64,000 nt of DNA from an archaeon. GTDB lineage: Archaea > Nanobdellota > Nanobdellia > Pacearchaeales > GW2011-AR1. Both the position numbers and the translations under genes were made by a program. Of the stretch, positions 51,984 to 60,624 are shown in pieces. The stretch spans positions 117,940 to 181,939 of the forward strand of contig JAYONY010000001.1 in NCBI GenBank assembly GCA_038121585.1, in the 5' to 3' direction. The notes beneath the pieces were generated by a model. The model made no database searches. It was not told where the DNA came from and saw nothing but the letters and a program-made list of their open reading frames with translations. Every line of letters begins with the position of its first letter. Within the stretch, counting starts at the first letter, position 1.

Positions 51984-52454
51984 TTAAAAAAGAATGTATG
52001 TAATTTCTGCTGGTGTGATTCCCCGTTCCTGTAATTGTATCAGGGCTATTAGTTTTGTTATTGTATCTTCCTTACCGAGTTCTGCATAGTCAATAACTCG
52101 TGTTGCTCGTCGTTTTGCTTTTAGCATTTCTTGCTCGAGTTCATCGTCTTCACCAAGCGTTACTAGATAGACATACGTTATGAGGTCATGCGCATCGCGA
52201 GTAAGATCTCGTACTTCGTCAGGCATCATTCCCCCAACAATAATTGTTGAAATATCAAATGAATCATTATGTAGTGCTCGTTGTACGTATTCTTTTGTTG
52301 CACGTATGCGTGTAGGAATGGTATGGTCGCGTCGAGGGACTTTATCTTCAAACCAATAGACTTCGAAATAATCTTTGAAAGTGTGTCGTAGCTTAGAAGC
52401 TACTTTTTTTGCAAGCCGCCGGTTTGGTATGCAAATACTATAGAGTGATGCCAT
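51984..52454 (-). CDS. Hypothetical protein translationally abutting DNA ligase
   Basis: Its ATG immediately follows the ligase stop with zero gap. No motif recognised. Confidence 0.5.
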   Translation of the reverse strand: MASLYSICIPNRRLAKKVASKLRHTFKDYFEVYWFEDKVPRRDHTIPTRIRATKEYVQRALHNDSFDISTIIVGGMMPDEVRDLTRDAHDLITYVYLVTLGEDDELEQEMLKAKRRATRVIDYAELGKEDTITKLIALIQLQERGITPAEITYILF

Positions 52455-54179
52455 TTATCCAAGCCCTCGTTTCCGTATTTTTTGTATGCGCTTAAGTTCT
52501 GCTAAAATGTCTTCTGTTGTTGCAATGTCATGCACTCCGCGTTCAGGACGATAATGAGTTATTCGTGGAAATCGTAATGCATAACCAGAATCATAAGTTG
52601 GGGAGGGTTGCACATTCTGATACGTTACACTTACAACAATTTTTGGCTTAACACGTACAACTTTTCCTTTTTCAGAAGTAATAAGTGGCTGGAGTAATTT
52701 GTCCATATCAGAATAGGTTATGCCGTCTGATTCTTCTTTTTCCTTGAGGCCTGATGCTACTTTCCCAACCTCTAAGAATTTCCCATCATGTACTGGGTCC
52801 TTACAGGCAACAATGTATGAGGTGAGCCCTCCTGAGCGCTTCCCCGTTCCATATTCTGCCCCTACTATTACTAAATCTAAGTCTGCTGCATCAGGCTTCA
52901 TTTTAACAATGTACCCTACTCGTCGTCCTGGCCGATAGGGGGCATCAAGTTTCTTAAACATCACTCCTTCTTCGCCAAGTTGTAGTGCTTCTTTGTAAAA
53001 TTCATTTATTTCCTTAGCATCTCCTGAAACGAATTGGCGTGATAAACGAATAACCCAATGTTTTTGATCAACTACTTTTTCAATAATTTTTCGTCGCTCC
53101 GTAAATGGCAGGTCAATAGTACTTTTACCGTTTAAGTACATAATATCAAAAACATTTATTTCTACTGGGAGCTTGGTCATGAGTTTGTCAATATCATGTT
53201 TTCTCCTGATTCGTTGACTGATTGCTTCAAATGGCCGGTACTTATTCTTTCCCCCCTTTACTTCATACCCTACTACTTCTGAGTCGAGCACAAAACTCTT
53301 GCCTTTAACATGATTTTTTACTGCTGCAACGACGTCCGGGAATTGTTTTGTTACATTATCGAGTTTTCGCGTGAATAAGCTTACTTCTTTCCCATCATAA
53401 TTAATGAGTACTCGAAAACCATCGTATTTGTGTTCAACAGCGAGAGGTTTCCCACAAATACGAAACGCATCTTCTAGTTTCGTTACTTTTACAGGTAGCA
53501 TTACTTTTATTGGCCGTCCAGGAATAACTTCTACTTTCTCAAGTGCTGTGCGCCCTTTTCTTGCTAAGCGTAATACTTCTGCAAAATCATTTATTTTATC
53601 AAATGCACTATCAACCACTTCATTCATTACCTTATAATCATCTGCGTAAAACGCTTGAGTGATGCCATCACGAAGTACTGCGTCTGCTACCCCTACTCGA
53701 AGGTCATTTAAGAGTGTTCGAACAATATATTTCGCCTCTATTCCTTCTGCAGAAGTAAGTAGCTCTAAAATAAGTTGCATTTTTTTATCTACACTTCCTT
53801 TGCCTTCTATACTTGCGAGTTTTTGCAAGTTTGAAAATACGAGTTTTGTAGTGAGTTTTTTACTCATGAGTGTTGATTGTTTTTTCTTCCCGATTCGTTG
53901 CTCTGCTATCTCTCCTAAATCCCCTATTGTTTTGAAATCATTCATTATAGCTTCTTTAGTTGCCCCTGCTGCTTTTGCTATTGCCTTAATGGTGAGTTGA
54001 TGTGAAATGCCAAATTCTCGTTCATCATATCCTGGAAAAACGCGCCCTCGCAAAAGATACACATGTTTTTCCTCCCCTTTAAGGTGCGGTAAGAATTCTG
54101 AGAGAATAGCTGTTTTTTCAAGCAGTTTTGTGGTTGAGCCCAGTGCCTCATACACCTCTGCAAATTTTTTATACATCAT
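52455..54179 (-). CDS. lig: ATP-dependent DNA ligase
   Basis: Adenylation motif 'AVEHKYDGFRV', 'LDSEVV', and 'EGVMFK' with 'RRVGYIVKMK', followed by an OB domain. Confidence 0.95.
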   Translation of the reverse strand: MMYKKFAEVYEALGSTTKLLEKTAILSEFLPHLKGEEKHVYLLRGRVFPGYDEREFGISHQLTIKAIAKAAGATKEAIMNDFKTIGDLGEIAEQRIGKKKQSTLMSKKLTTKLVFSNLQKLASIEGKGSVDKKMQLILELLTSAEGIEAKYIVRTLLNDLRVGVADAVLRDGITQAFYADDYKVMNEVVDSAFDKINDFAEVLRLARKGRTALEKVEVIPGRPIKVMLPVKVTKLEDAFRICGKPLAVEHKYDGFRVLINYDGKEVSLFTRKLDNVTKQFPDVVAAVKNHVKGKSFVLDSEVVGYEVKGGKNKYRPFEAISQRIRRKHDIDKLMTKLPVEINVFDIMYLNGKSTIDLPFTERRKIIEKVVDQKHWVIRLSRQFVSGDAKEINEFYKEALQLGEEGVMFKKLDAPYRPGRRVGYIVKMKPDAADLDLVIVGAEYGTGKRSGGLTSYIVACKDPVHDGKFLEVGKVASGLKEKEESDGITYSDMDKLLQPLITSEKGKVVRVKPKIVVSVTYQNVQPSPTYDSGYALRFPRITHYRPERGVHDIATTEDILAELKRIQKIRKRGLG

Positions 54180-54217
54180 TACTCTACTAGTGAACTGCGT
54201 ATTTAATAGTTATTGCG

Positions 54218-54418
54218 CTATTTGAGTGGATCAAAAAAGGAGTCAGTATCTGGTTTGGCATGATAAAGCTCTCGGCAGTACTCTTGTGCTAATGCGTTGT
54301 TAAAGTCTCTTTGCAACCCGTCTGTTTCAATTGTTTGATATAATAAATCTTCATAGAGCGATACGATAAAGCTTCGATCAAGTTTTATCGGTTCATGCGG
54401 GTCATAGTGATGCTTCAT
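54218..54418 (-). CDS. Hypothetical 66-aa protein
   Basis: This is the only ORF here. No motif recognised. Confidence 0.35.
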   Translation of the reverse strand: MKHHYDPHEPIKLDRSFIVSLYEDLLYQTIETDGLQRDFNNALAQEYCRELYHAKPDTDSFFDPLK

Positions 54419-54443
54419 TGATTATATTTTATGAGAGAGTTTT

Positions 54444-55160
54444 TTAAATCCACCCTCGTTTTTTTATTCCTCCATCCCAAATCTGAAAAGATAATGTTTT
54501 TTCAGGGAGACTGCGGTGTTTGCGTAGTAGGGCTATGCGTTTTCCGCCATCATTAACCAGTTCGATTAAGCATTTACTCCAATATTGAAGTATGTCTCCT
54601 GCAACCATTCGTGCACTATCCTCCCATCGATAAATTTGATTAGTAACAATCACTGGTATTCGTTGCTTGCGTGCGATTTCAGCAAGTAGTCTCATTTGTC
54701 GTACGAGTTCAGCATTTATCTTTTGTTTTTCACCATTGCTCGCGCCATTATCTCGTTCTCGTGCATCTGCAAAATCGAGCCGATAGAGCATTGTCATCCC
54801 GTCAACAACTATTAACGAAACGTGTTGTTTTACGTGTTTTAAGAGTTGATCAAACGATTCTTTTTGTTCTGTAAACGTAGTGGGTGACAACACAAAAATA
54901 TTATCAAGTGCTACATCTAAATCCTCTCGTGACCCGACGAGTTGGCGTACGCGCTCACTGCTAAACCCTCCTTCGGTATCGATATAAATGACTTTGTTCC
55001 CTTTTTTTGCTTGGGAAACTGCTGCTACCATGCAAAAATTAGTTTTACCACTTCCTGCTGATCCATATAAGGTAGTGATTATATCCGCGTCATACCCTCC
55101 ATGAAGCCATTTATTAAGATCATAGCTTCCAGCAGATAATTTGAATGATCGCCCACTCAT
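54444..55160 (-). CDS. radB: RadB-like RecA-superfamily ATPase
   Basis: Walker A 'GSAGSGKTN' and Walker B 'LIVVDG'. The size is about 238 aa. An A/T box lies about 25 nt upstream. Confidence 0.75.
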   Translation of the reverse strand: MSGRSFKLSAGSYDLNKWLHGGYDADIITTLYGSAGSGKTNFCMVAAVSQAKKGNKVIYIDTEGGFSSERVRQLVGSREDLDVALDNIFVLSPTTFTEQKESFDQLLKHVKQHVSLIVVDGMTMLYRLDFADARERDNGASNGEKQKINAELVRQMRLLAEIARKQRIPVIVTNQIYRWEDSARMVAGDILQYWSKCLIELVNDGGKRIALLRKHRSLPEKTLSFQIWDGGIKKRGWI

Positions 55161-55247
55161 GCAATTGTAGCTAATATCGAGTATAAATAAATAAGGGTGT
55201 CACGAGTGCAACAGAGAATAAAAAGAGATAAAAAAATAAAAAAAGGT

Positions 55248-55487
55248 TTACCGCTTTTTACGAGCAGTTGTTTTCTTTTTAGCACTGCTTCGTGCAGGTG
55301 CACGTGCAGGAGTTGCTGCCTTGGTGCGTGTTTTTGGAGCACACGTGTCACAGTTAAATTCTGCGACGAGCAATACAACAAGCGCTATTGCAGCAACCCA
55401 TTGTGATGCTTCACCAAGCAAGCTCGGCCAGAGTGCTAGAAGTAACGCTACGATAAGCAATACTATTCGCCAAGTTTTGTTAAGCAT
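55248..55487 (-). CDS. Small 2-TM protein with CxxC and basic tail (DUF2892/YgaP-TM-like?)
   Basis: 'WRIVLLIVALLLALW...SQWVAAIALVVLLVAEFNCDTC' followed by 'KTRTKAATPARAPARSSAKKKTTARKKR'. Confidence 0.5.
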   Translation of the reverse strand: MLNKTWRIVLLIVALLLALWPSLLGEASQWVAAIALVVLLVAEFNCDTCAPKTRTKAATPARAPARSSAKKKTTARKKR

Positions 55488-55514
55488 TGATTCTACCTCC
55501 TTTTACCTTAAGAG

Positions 55515-55691
55515 TTACTTGCCTTTCTTTTTTGTGGCAGTAACCTTACAATTAGGACACTTAAATGAGTGAGCAAGCAAGACTACTGCTGCAATACCAA
55601 TAATCCATCGAGAAGCACTCGTATTCCAAATCGCAAATACTAAAATAACTACAGCAATAACTCGCTCAACCAGACTACAATTACAACCCAT
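55515..55691 (-). CDS. Small 2-TM protein with CxxC, paralogue of 55248-55487 (58 aa)
   Basis: Not in the ORF track. I translated it by hand as MGCNCSLVERVIAVVILVFAIWNTSASRWIIGIAAVVLLAHSFKCPNCKVTATKKKGK. It has the same architecture as its neighbour. Confidence 0.45.
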   Translation of the reverse strand: MGCNCSLVERVIAVVILVFAIWNTSASRWIIGIAAVVLLAHSFKCPNCKVTATKKKGK

Positions 55692-55757
55692 CACTTCACC
55701 TCGTATGTATTCAAACGATTAATGCTTAATAAAGGTACCGATAAGGAGTAAAAACAA

Positions 55758-56012
55758 TTACTTCTTAAGTGCAGTCGTGATTGCACCATCTTCTTTTTGA
55801 ATTGCCGCAATAGCATCCTTCACTGCCTTTAGAGGAGTTCCGCTTTCTGTTTCAACACGCATAACTAGAGGCTTGTCAGGGTGTACTCGTCGCCACGCAG
55901 CAAATTTTGCCCCGTTCTCGTTTAAGTACACTCGTAGCACTTCTGCTATGGTTGTGTTATCAATATGAAATTCAAGCATATTTTTTTCACTAGTTATTAC
56001 ATCAATGTGCAT
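55758..56012 (-). CDS. rpoL: RNA polymerase subunit Rpo11 (RpoL)
   Basis: 'SEKNMLEFHIDN..TTIAEVLRVYLNENGAKFAAWRRVHPDKPLVMRVETESGTPLKAVKDAI' aligns by eye with the Sulfolobus RpoL pattern '[20 protein letters not shown]...FASYYQPHPL...I.T.G..P..AL'. Confidence 0.7.
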   Translation of the reverse strand: MHIDVITSEKNMLEFHIDNTTIAEVLRVYLNENGAKFAAWRRVHPDKPLVMRVETESGTPLKAVKDAIAAIQKEDGAITTALKK

Positions 56013-56068
56013 ACTTGACCCAGAATTAATCGATTTATAAAGCTTATGGCTACTCAGAACTAAGAACC

Positions 56069-56683
56069 TTAGCCAACGATTTCTATATCATCACCGAGCA
56101 AACTGCTCATATCAGCGTCTTCTTTTGCCGGTTGTGGCTTGCCTGATCGAGCAGCAGGACCTTGTGCCGCGCTTTCAATTGCTGCCTGAGCATCTCGTTC
56201 TGCTTTCATTTTTGTGAGTTCAGCGAGTGAGACTGAGGATTGCGTCCCTTCTTTTCGAAGTGTTGTTCCAAGAACATTTTCTATTCTGTTAATCAGCACG
56301 TAGTCATCAGAGGGTAATTCTCCAAGCTCAACTGACTTAATTACCTCTTCAGGGACTTCACACGCAACAGCGAGTTGTCGTCGATTCCATCCTTTTACTC
56401 GTCGTTTTTTAGCGATTTCCCAGTGAAAATTAGTAATAAGCGTTGCAACAACATTATTTCCTTTATTACCCACATCTCCTCGTTTCCATTTATCAAGCCA
56501 TGAGGCATTTTGTTCGAGTGATGGAGGCATTGGTGTTCGTCGTGGTAGTTCACCATGAATTTCTCGTTCTGGCTCCACAACATCCCGTAGAATAAATAAG
56601 TCTTCTTCGACTGCCTGTGAGCGTGGCATTTGCACGATTTCACCTTCTTTAATCACCTCTACAAATCCGGCATCCATAAGCAT
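56069..56683 (-). CDS. HTH (XRE/MBF1-like) DNA-binding protein
   Basis: 'IAKKRRVKGWNRRQLAVACEVPEEVIKSVELGELP...LINRIENVLGTTL' matches the MBF1-type HTH. There is no N-terminal zinc ribbon, and the C-terminus is acidic. Confidence 0.55.
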   Translation of the reverse strand: MLMDAGFVEVIKEGEIVQMPRSQAVEEDLFILRDVVEPEREIHGELPRRTPMPPSLEQNASWLDKWKRGDVGNKGNNVVATLITNFHWEIAKKRRVKGWNRRQLAVACEVPEEVIKSVELGELPSDDYVLINRIENVLGTTLRKEGTQSSVSLAELTKMKAERDAQAAIESAAQGPAARSGKPQPAKEDADMSSLLGDDIEIVG

Positions 56684-56722
56684 ATACTTCCTACTAAAGA
56701 ATGCTTTAAATTATTTACTGCA

Positions 56723-57352
56723 CTAGGGTATATAGGGATTAAGATCCTCTATACTGTCGACATACACTATGTCTTCACCATTAATAATGCTAAACGGCAA
56801 TCGTGCGTGTGAATACCGCTGTTTGAGTTCATCAACACCTTCTACTGAAAGACCATAATCAAATGAGTAGACCATTATTGTTTCAGGGTGGAGATTCTTA
56901 AACACGTTCAAAACGTACCCTGCCTGTTCGCTTGCATCTTGTAATGCTTCAGTATTTGAATAAAAGAAAAGCACCGTTGTGAAATCATCACCACACGCTT
57001 CATTGTACGTGTTAACAATAGTATAATGAGTGAGTTCTAGTCGCTCATAAATTTGTTTTTGTTCGAGCACTCGTATATGATCTGCACCATACCTTCGCTC
57101 TAGTAAAATCAGTCGCGACCCTACTTGATCGAGTAATTCCGAAGAAGTATGTAGCAGCTCTTGCTCGCATGTAGTTGCACTTTCTCGTATTTCCTCCAAA
57201 TACGTTTCTACAGCTAAGTTCTTAGTATTGATAGTAAGATAATTAAGATACGTAATACTATACACAAACAAAAAAATGAGTATGAAAGCTATTGTTGCAA
57301 AGATAAATGCTAGAAAATACCGCCCAAGCCCAATTCCATCAATCCTTTCCAT
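56723..57352 (-). CDS. Single-pass membrane protein overlapping the GT2 gene
   Basis: TM 'YFLAFIFATIAFILIFLFVY' followed by a ~165-aa soluble domain. It overlaps the GT2 3' end by 14 nt. Confidence 0.5.
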   Translation of the reverse strand: MERIDGIGLGRYFLAFIFATIAFILIFLFVYSITYLNYLTINTKNLAVETYLEEIRESATTCEQELLHTSSELLDQVGSRLILLERRYGADHIRVLEQKQIYERLELTHYTIVNTYNEACGDDFTTVLFFYSNTEALQDASEQAGYVLNVFKNLHPETIMVYSFDYGLSVEGVDELKQRYSHARLPFSIINGEDIVYVDSIEDLNPYIP

Positions 57353-58598
57353 GTTTTTGACTCCTCCATCCTACTTCTCTTCGTGTAACAATGTAAAAAA
57401 GTGAAATAACCCACCATACAAAGAATAATACTGAGTAACTCATTATAAAGAGTACGAAATTGTACCGTAACCGTTCCTTATGCGCCACATGTCGTTTTCC
57501 AAATAATAAATACATGGACATGACTGCTACTGTCACAAATGTTATCATCGCGACAGGATTTGTGAATATCGAGAAGAACAAGTGTTCAAACATGTACGTA
57601 TTAAACTCAAGCAGTCCACTGAATTGGAAGTTTATTGAGTCGAGGAGTTGTAATTCTCGTTGAGCATTGCGTAGTGATCGAATCACAACATAGGTTGTGA
57701 GAATTATACCCCCAATTACGGAAAAGATTGCTGCCGGGAGCACAACTGTTCCAAGAGCCCCTCTTTTAAATCCGAATAATGACCGATAGCCCCACAGGTT
57801 TGTTATGAGCCCAGTGTACCACCTTCTTCGCTGTACGACGAGTCCTCGAAAAGTAGTGGGGACTAAGGTGTATACGTTTGCGGTTGGTTCATTATCAAGT
57901 ACGTAGTTATGAAGTTGCATCCTAAGTGCTATTTCCATGTCTTCAGTAATGTTTCCAACCTCATACCCCCCATATTTTTTGAAGAATGAAAGCCGGTATG
58001 CTGAGAAAGCTCCTGCAGTTATATGGATAGCATTTGCTATTGCGAAAGACTTACGTAAAAAAACTCCGAGGTAATATTCGATTTGTTGTACTCGTGGCCA
58101 GAGACCTTTTGGTTTATGTACAAGCATTGTTGGGGTCACTGCTGCAACGCGTTCATTGTGAAAACGAGCGACTAATTTTGATAATGCATCAGGTTCTGCG
58201 AAAGTGTCAGCATCCATTGATACAAAGATTTCTCCTTTTGCTTTTGAAATACCAAGATTTAGTGCACTTCCCTTACCCCCATTTTTTTGACGAAACACAT
58301 GCACTCTGCTTGAAGCATATTTTTTAGCTACTTCATACGTTTTATCAGTACTACCATCATCAACAACAATTATTTCTAACTTATCCTTGGGATAATCAAG
58401 TGCAAGTGCTGATTCAATAGTTGGTCCAATACTTTTTTCCTCATTATATGCAGGAATACATATAGTGACTGGGAATTTTTTTGTTGTAGTAGGCCGTTCT
58501 CGTCGCTTATAGACAAAGAGATTTATCAAATAGAAAGAAGTAATATACAATCCCACGTATGCCATGACATACACAAGGATAACATACACGTCAGCCAT
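57339..58598 (-). CDS. Processive family-2 glycosyltransferase (PgaC/IcaA/NodC/cellulose-synthase-like)
   Basis: 'ICIPAYNEE', 'VVDDGSTD', 'MDADT', 'GAFSAYR', 'ITEDMEI', 'QRRRW' (QxxRW), and N- and C-terminal TM helices. Confidence 0.85.
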   Translation of the reverse strand: MADVYVILVYVMAYVGLYITSFYLINLFVYKRRERPTTTKKFPVTICIPAYNEEKSIGPTIESALALDYPKDKLEIIVVDDGSTDKTYEVAKKYASSRVHVFRQKNGGKGSALNLGISKAKGEIFVSMDADTFAEPDALSKLVARFHNERVAAVTPTMLVHKPKGLWPRVQQIEYYLGVFLRKSFAIANAIHITAGAFSAYRLSFFKKYGGYEVGNITEDMEIALRMQLHNYVLDNEPTANVYTLVPTTFRGLVVQRRRWYTGLITNLWGYRSLFGFKRGALGTVVLPAAIFSVIGGIILTTYVVIRSLRNAQRELQLLDSINFQFSGLLEFNTYMFEHLFFSIFTNPVAMITFVTVAVMSMYLLFGKRHVAHKERLRYNFVLFIMSYSVLFFVWWVISLFYIVTRREVGWRSQKHGKD

Positions 58599-58600
58599 TA

Positions 58601-59140
58601 CTATGCAACTCCCTCTCCTTCACCTAATTGCCCCCGCTCCAAATTAAAATAGTCATAAAATGCATCTGTGAGGGATAACTCAGATGTATGCCCCATTTTT
58701 TTCTTTGTTACTAGTCCGATCTTAACAAAGTTAGCTACGTGATCATAGGCCTTATTACCCCTTATTTTTATGAGTACACTTTGCTTTACTGGTTGTTTAT
58801 ACGCGATTATTGCGAGTGTTTCTTGTTCTGCTTTTGAGAATTCACTACTTCCTGTTGCGAGCCGATGCACAAGGTCTGCATGATCTTCTACCACGTCCAT
58901 TTTCCATAAATCATCTCGTGCGATAATTCGAAGTCCTGAAGTAGCGTATTTTTCTTGTAAGTCTGAAAGCACTGCTCTCAAAAGGACGGGATTAACATCA
59001 GTGAGTGCTACGAGTTCTTTAAAACTTAGAAATCTTCCAGCAATAAAAAGGGCTGCTTCAACACGTGATTGCGCTGACCGCTCATCAGCACTATCAATAT
59101 CCTCTATTGTTGATCTTCGAACGTGTTCTGGTTCTACCAT
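58601..59140 (-). CDS. scpB: Segregation and condensation protein B
   Basis: 'VEAALFIAGRFLSFKELVALT' and two winged-helix repeats. Confidence 0.75.
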   Translation of the reverse strand: MVEPEHVRRSTIEDIDSADERSAQSRVEAALFIAGRFLSFKELVALTDVNPVLLRAVLSDLQEKYATSGLRIIARDDLWKMDVVEDHADLVHRLATGSSEFSKAEQETLAIIAYKQPVKQSVLIKIRGNKAYDHVANFVKIGLVTKKKMGHTSELSLTDAFYDYFNLERGQLGEGEGVA

Positions 59141-59179
59141 AGTTACTATGACATTATAGACGTTAAAAATGTTTATACA

Positions 59180-59908
59180 CTACGATCCAAATGCTATGAG
59201 TAATCCCTCAATGATTGCAGCGACTACTAAGAGAGGAATTACTGCTATAACAAACGTTTTAAGTGAACGCATAGATCGTCGAACAAATTCTTGCTTAGGG
59301 TTTTTAGTGAATACAAACATCCCTAAGTGCACTCCCATACCAAGAGATAGAAAAATAGCCGGTAATTCAAAAATCCCATGAGGTAAAAGACGCCAGATAA
59401 TGCCATATCCTGCAAGTGTCGCAACTTTTGCATAAACATATCCAGTTAATGCACCGTTAGTCATTATGTTGATAACAGGGAAGAGACCGAGTGCAGCTCC
59501 GAAAACCATTCCTACAAATGCTGTTGTAGTATTATTTTGAAAAATAAACCAAATGAGTTCTCCTGGTGAAAGATCTAGTACCTTACCTGCTAAATCTTCA
59601 AGAATAGGGTCAAAAAAGGAGAATTGGTCCGAGAAGGCGAATCCAATGAGCCCACTAGCAAAAAATAATGCGAGCATCATGAGTGCGAAATAACGTGTTT
59701 CATATAAGTGGCTCCGAGCAATCATTGCCCACGTGGGGCGTGTACCCTTTGCTTTTTGCCCTACTGAACGTTTCTGTACGACGTTTTGGACAGTGCGTTT
59801 TGAGGCAATAGCAGATTTCTTACGATTAGTACTTCTTGCAGTTTTGGGTGCAACTACTTTTTTCTTAGTTGCTACTTTTTTTGATGATGATTTCTTTTTT
59901 TGTGCCAT
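59180..59908 (-). CDS. SpoIIM/DUF95-like membrane protein with basic N-terminal tail
   Basis: 'FQNNTTTAFVGMVFGAALGLFPV...NGALTGYV...HGIFELPAIFLSLGMG'. The first ~57 aa are Lys/Arg/Ala/Ser/Thr-rich. Confidence 0.7.
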   Translation of the reverse strand: MAQKKKSSSKKVATKKKVVAPKTARSTNRKKSAIASKRTVQNVVQKRSVGQKAKGTRPTWAMIARSHLYETRYFALMMLALFFASGLIGFAFSDQFSFFDPILEDLAGKVLDLSPGELIWFIFQNNTTTAFVGMVFGAALGLFPVINIMTNGALTGYVYAKVATLAGYGIIWRLLPHGIFELPAIFLSLGMGVHLGMFVFTKNPKQEFVRRSMRSLKTFVIAVIPLLVVAAIIEGLLIAFGS

Positions 59909-59910
59909 GA

Positions 59911-60621
59911 TTAATGAAACATTTTGTTAAGCATACGTATTTTTCTCGGATACTTTCCCCGAAGGTAAAATCCATATATAAGCCCTACGAGTAATCCTCC
60001 AAAGTGTGCGGTGTTACCGACTGGTAAATCACTTGCGATTGAGACTGCCCATAGTCCGAACATGAGAACTGCCATTGCAGCCCACATTGGCATGGGGATT
60101 ACAAACATGACAAGCACTTTCATTCGTGGAATAAGTACCGCGAGCAGCCCCCCAAGGCCAAAAAGCGCCCCTGATGCACCAACGGCAAAAGAGTTTACAG
60201 AGCCAAAAATGCTTTCTGCAAGTCCGAAATAACTACCGACGTACGCAAGCCCTACAAACATGAGCCCACCAACTACTCCTGAAAGTAAATAGAACCATAG
60301 ATATCGTTTGCGTCCGATTAACCGCTCAACAAAGTTCCCTATAAAGAACATCGAGACCATGTTTACAAAAAGGTGACCAAACCCACCATGCATGAACATA
60401 CTTGTAACAACAGTCCAAACATATCCTTGTACAAAGAGTTGTGGACTTAACGCAATAAAGTCAAGTACTATCATTCCGAGACGTTCTGAAAAAAAGAGTG
60501 GCCAAATAAGCATAAATAAAATAACATTGAGCGCTATGAGTCGATCATTAAGACTCATTGATTGCCAAAAGTTTGGTTTTCGTCGTTTTGGTTTACGACG
60601 AACGATTCGTGCTTGTGCCAC
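59911..60621 (-). CDS. Rhomboid-family intramembrane serine protease
   Basis: 'HGGFGHLFVNM', catalytic 'GASGALFG' and 'AHFGGLLVG'. Confidence 0.85.
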   Translation of the reverse strand: MAQARIVRRKPKRRKPNFWQSMSLNDRLIALNVILFMLIWPLFFSERLGMIVLDFIALSPQLFVQGYVWTVVTSMFMHGGFGHLFVNMVSMFFIGNFVERLIGRKRYLWFYLLSGVVGGLMFVGLAYVGSYFGLAESIFGSVNSFAVGASGALFGLGGLLAVLIPRMKVLVMFVIPMPMWAAMAVLMFGLWAVSIASDLPVGNTAHFGGLLVGLIYGFYLRGKYPRKIRMLNKMFH

Positions 60622-60624
60622 GTT

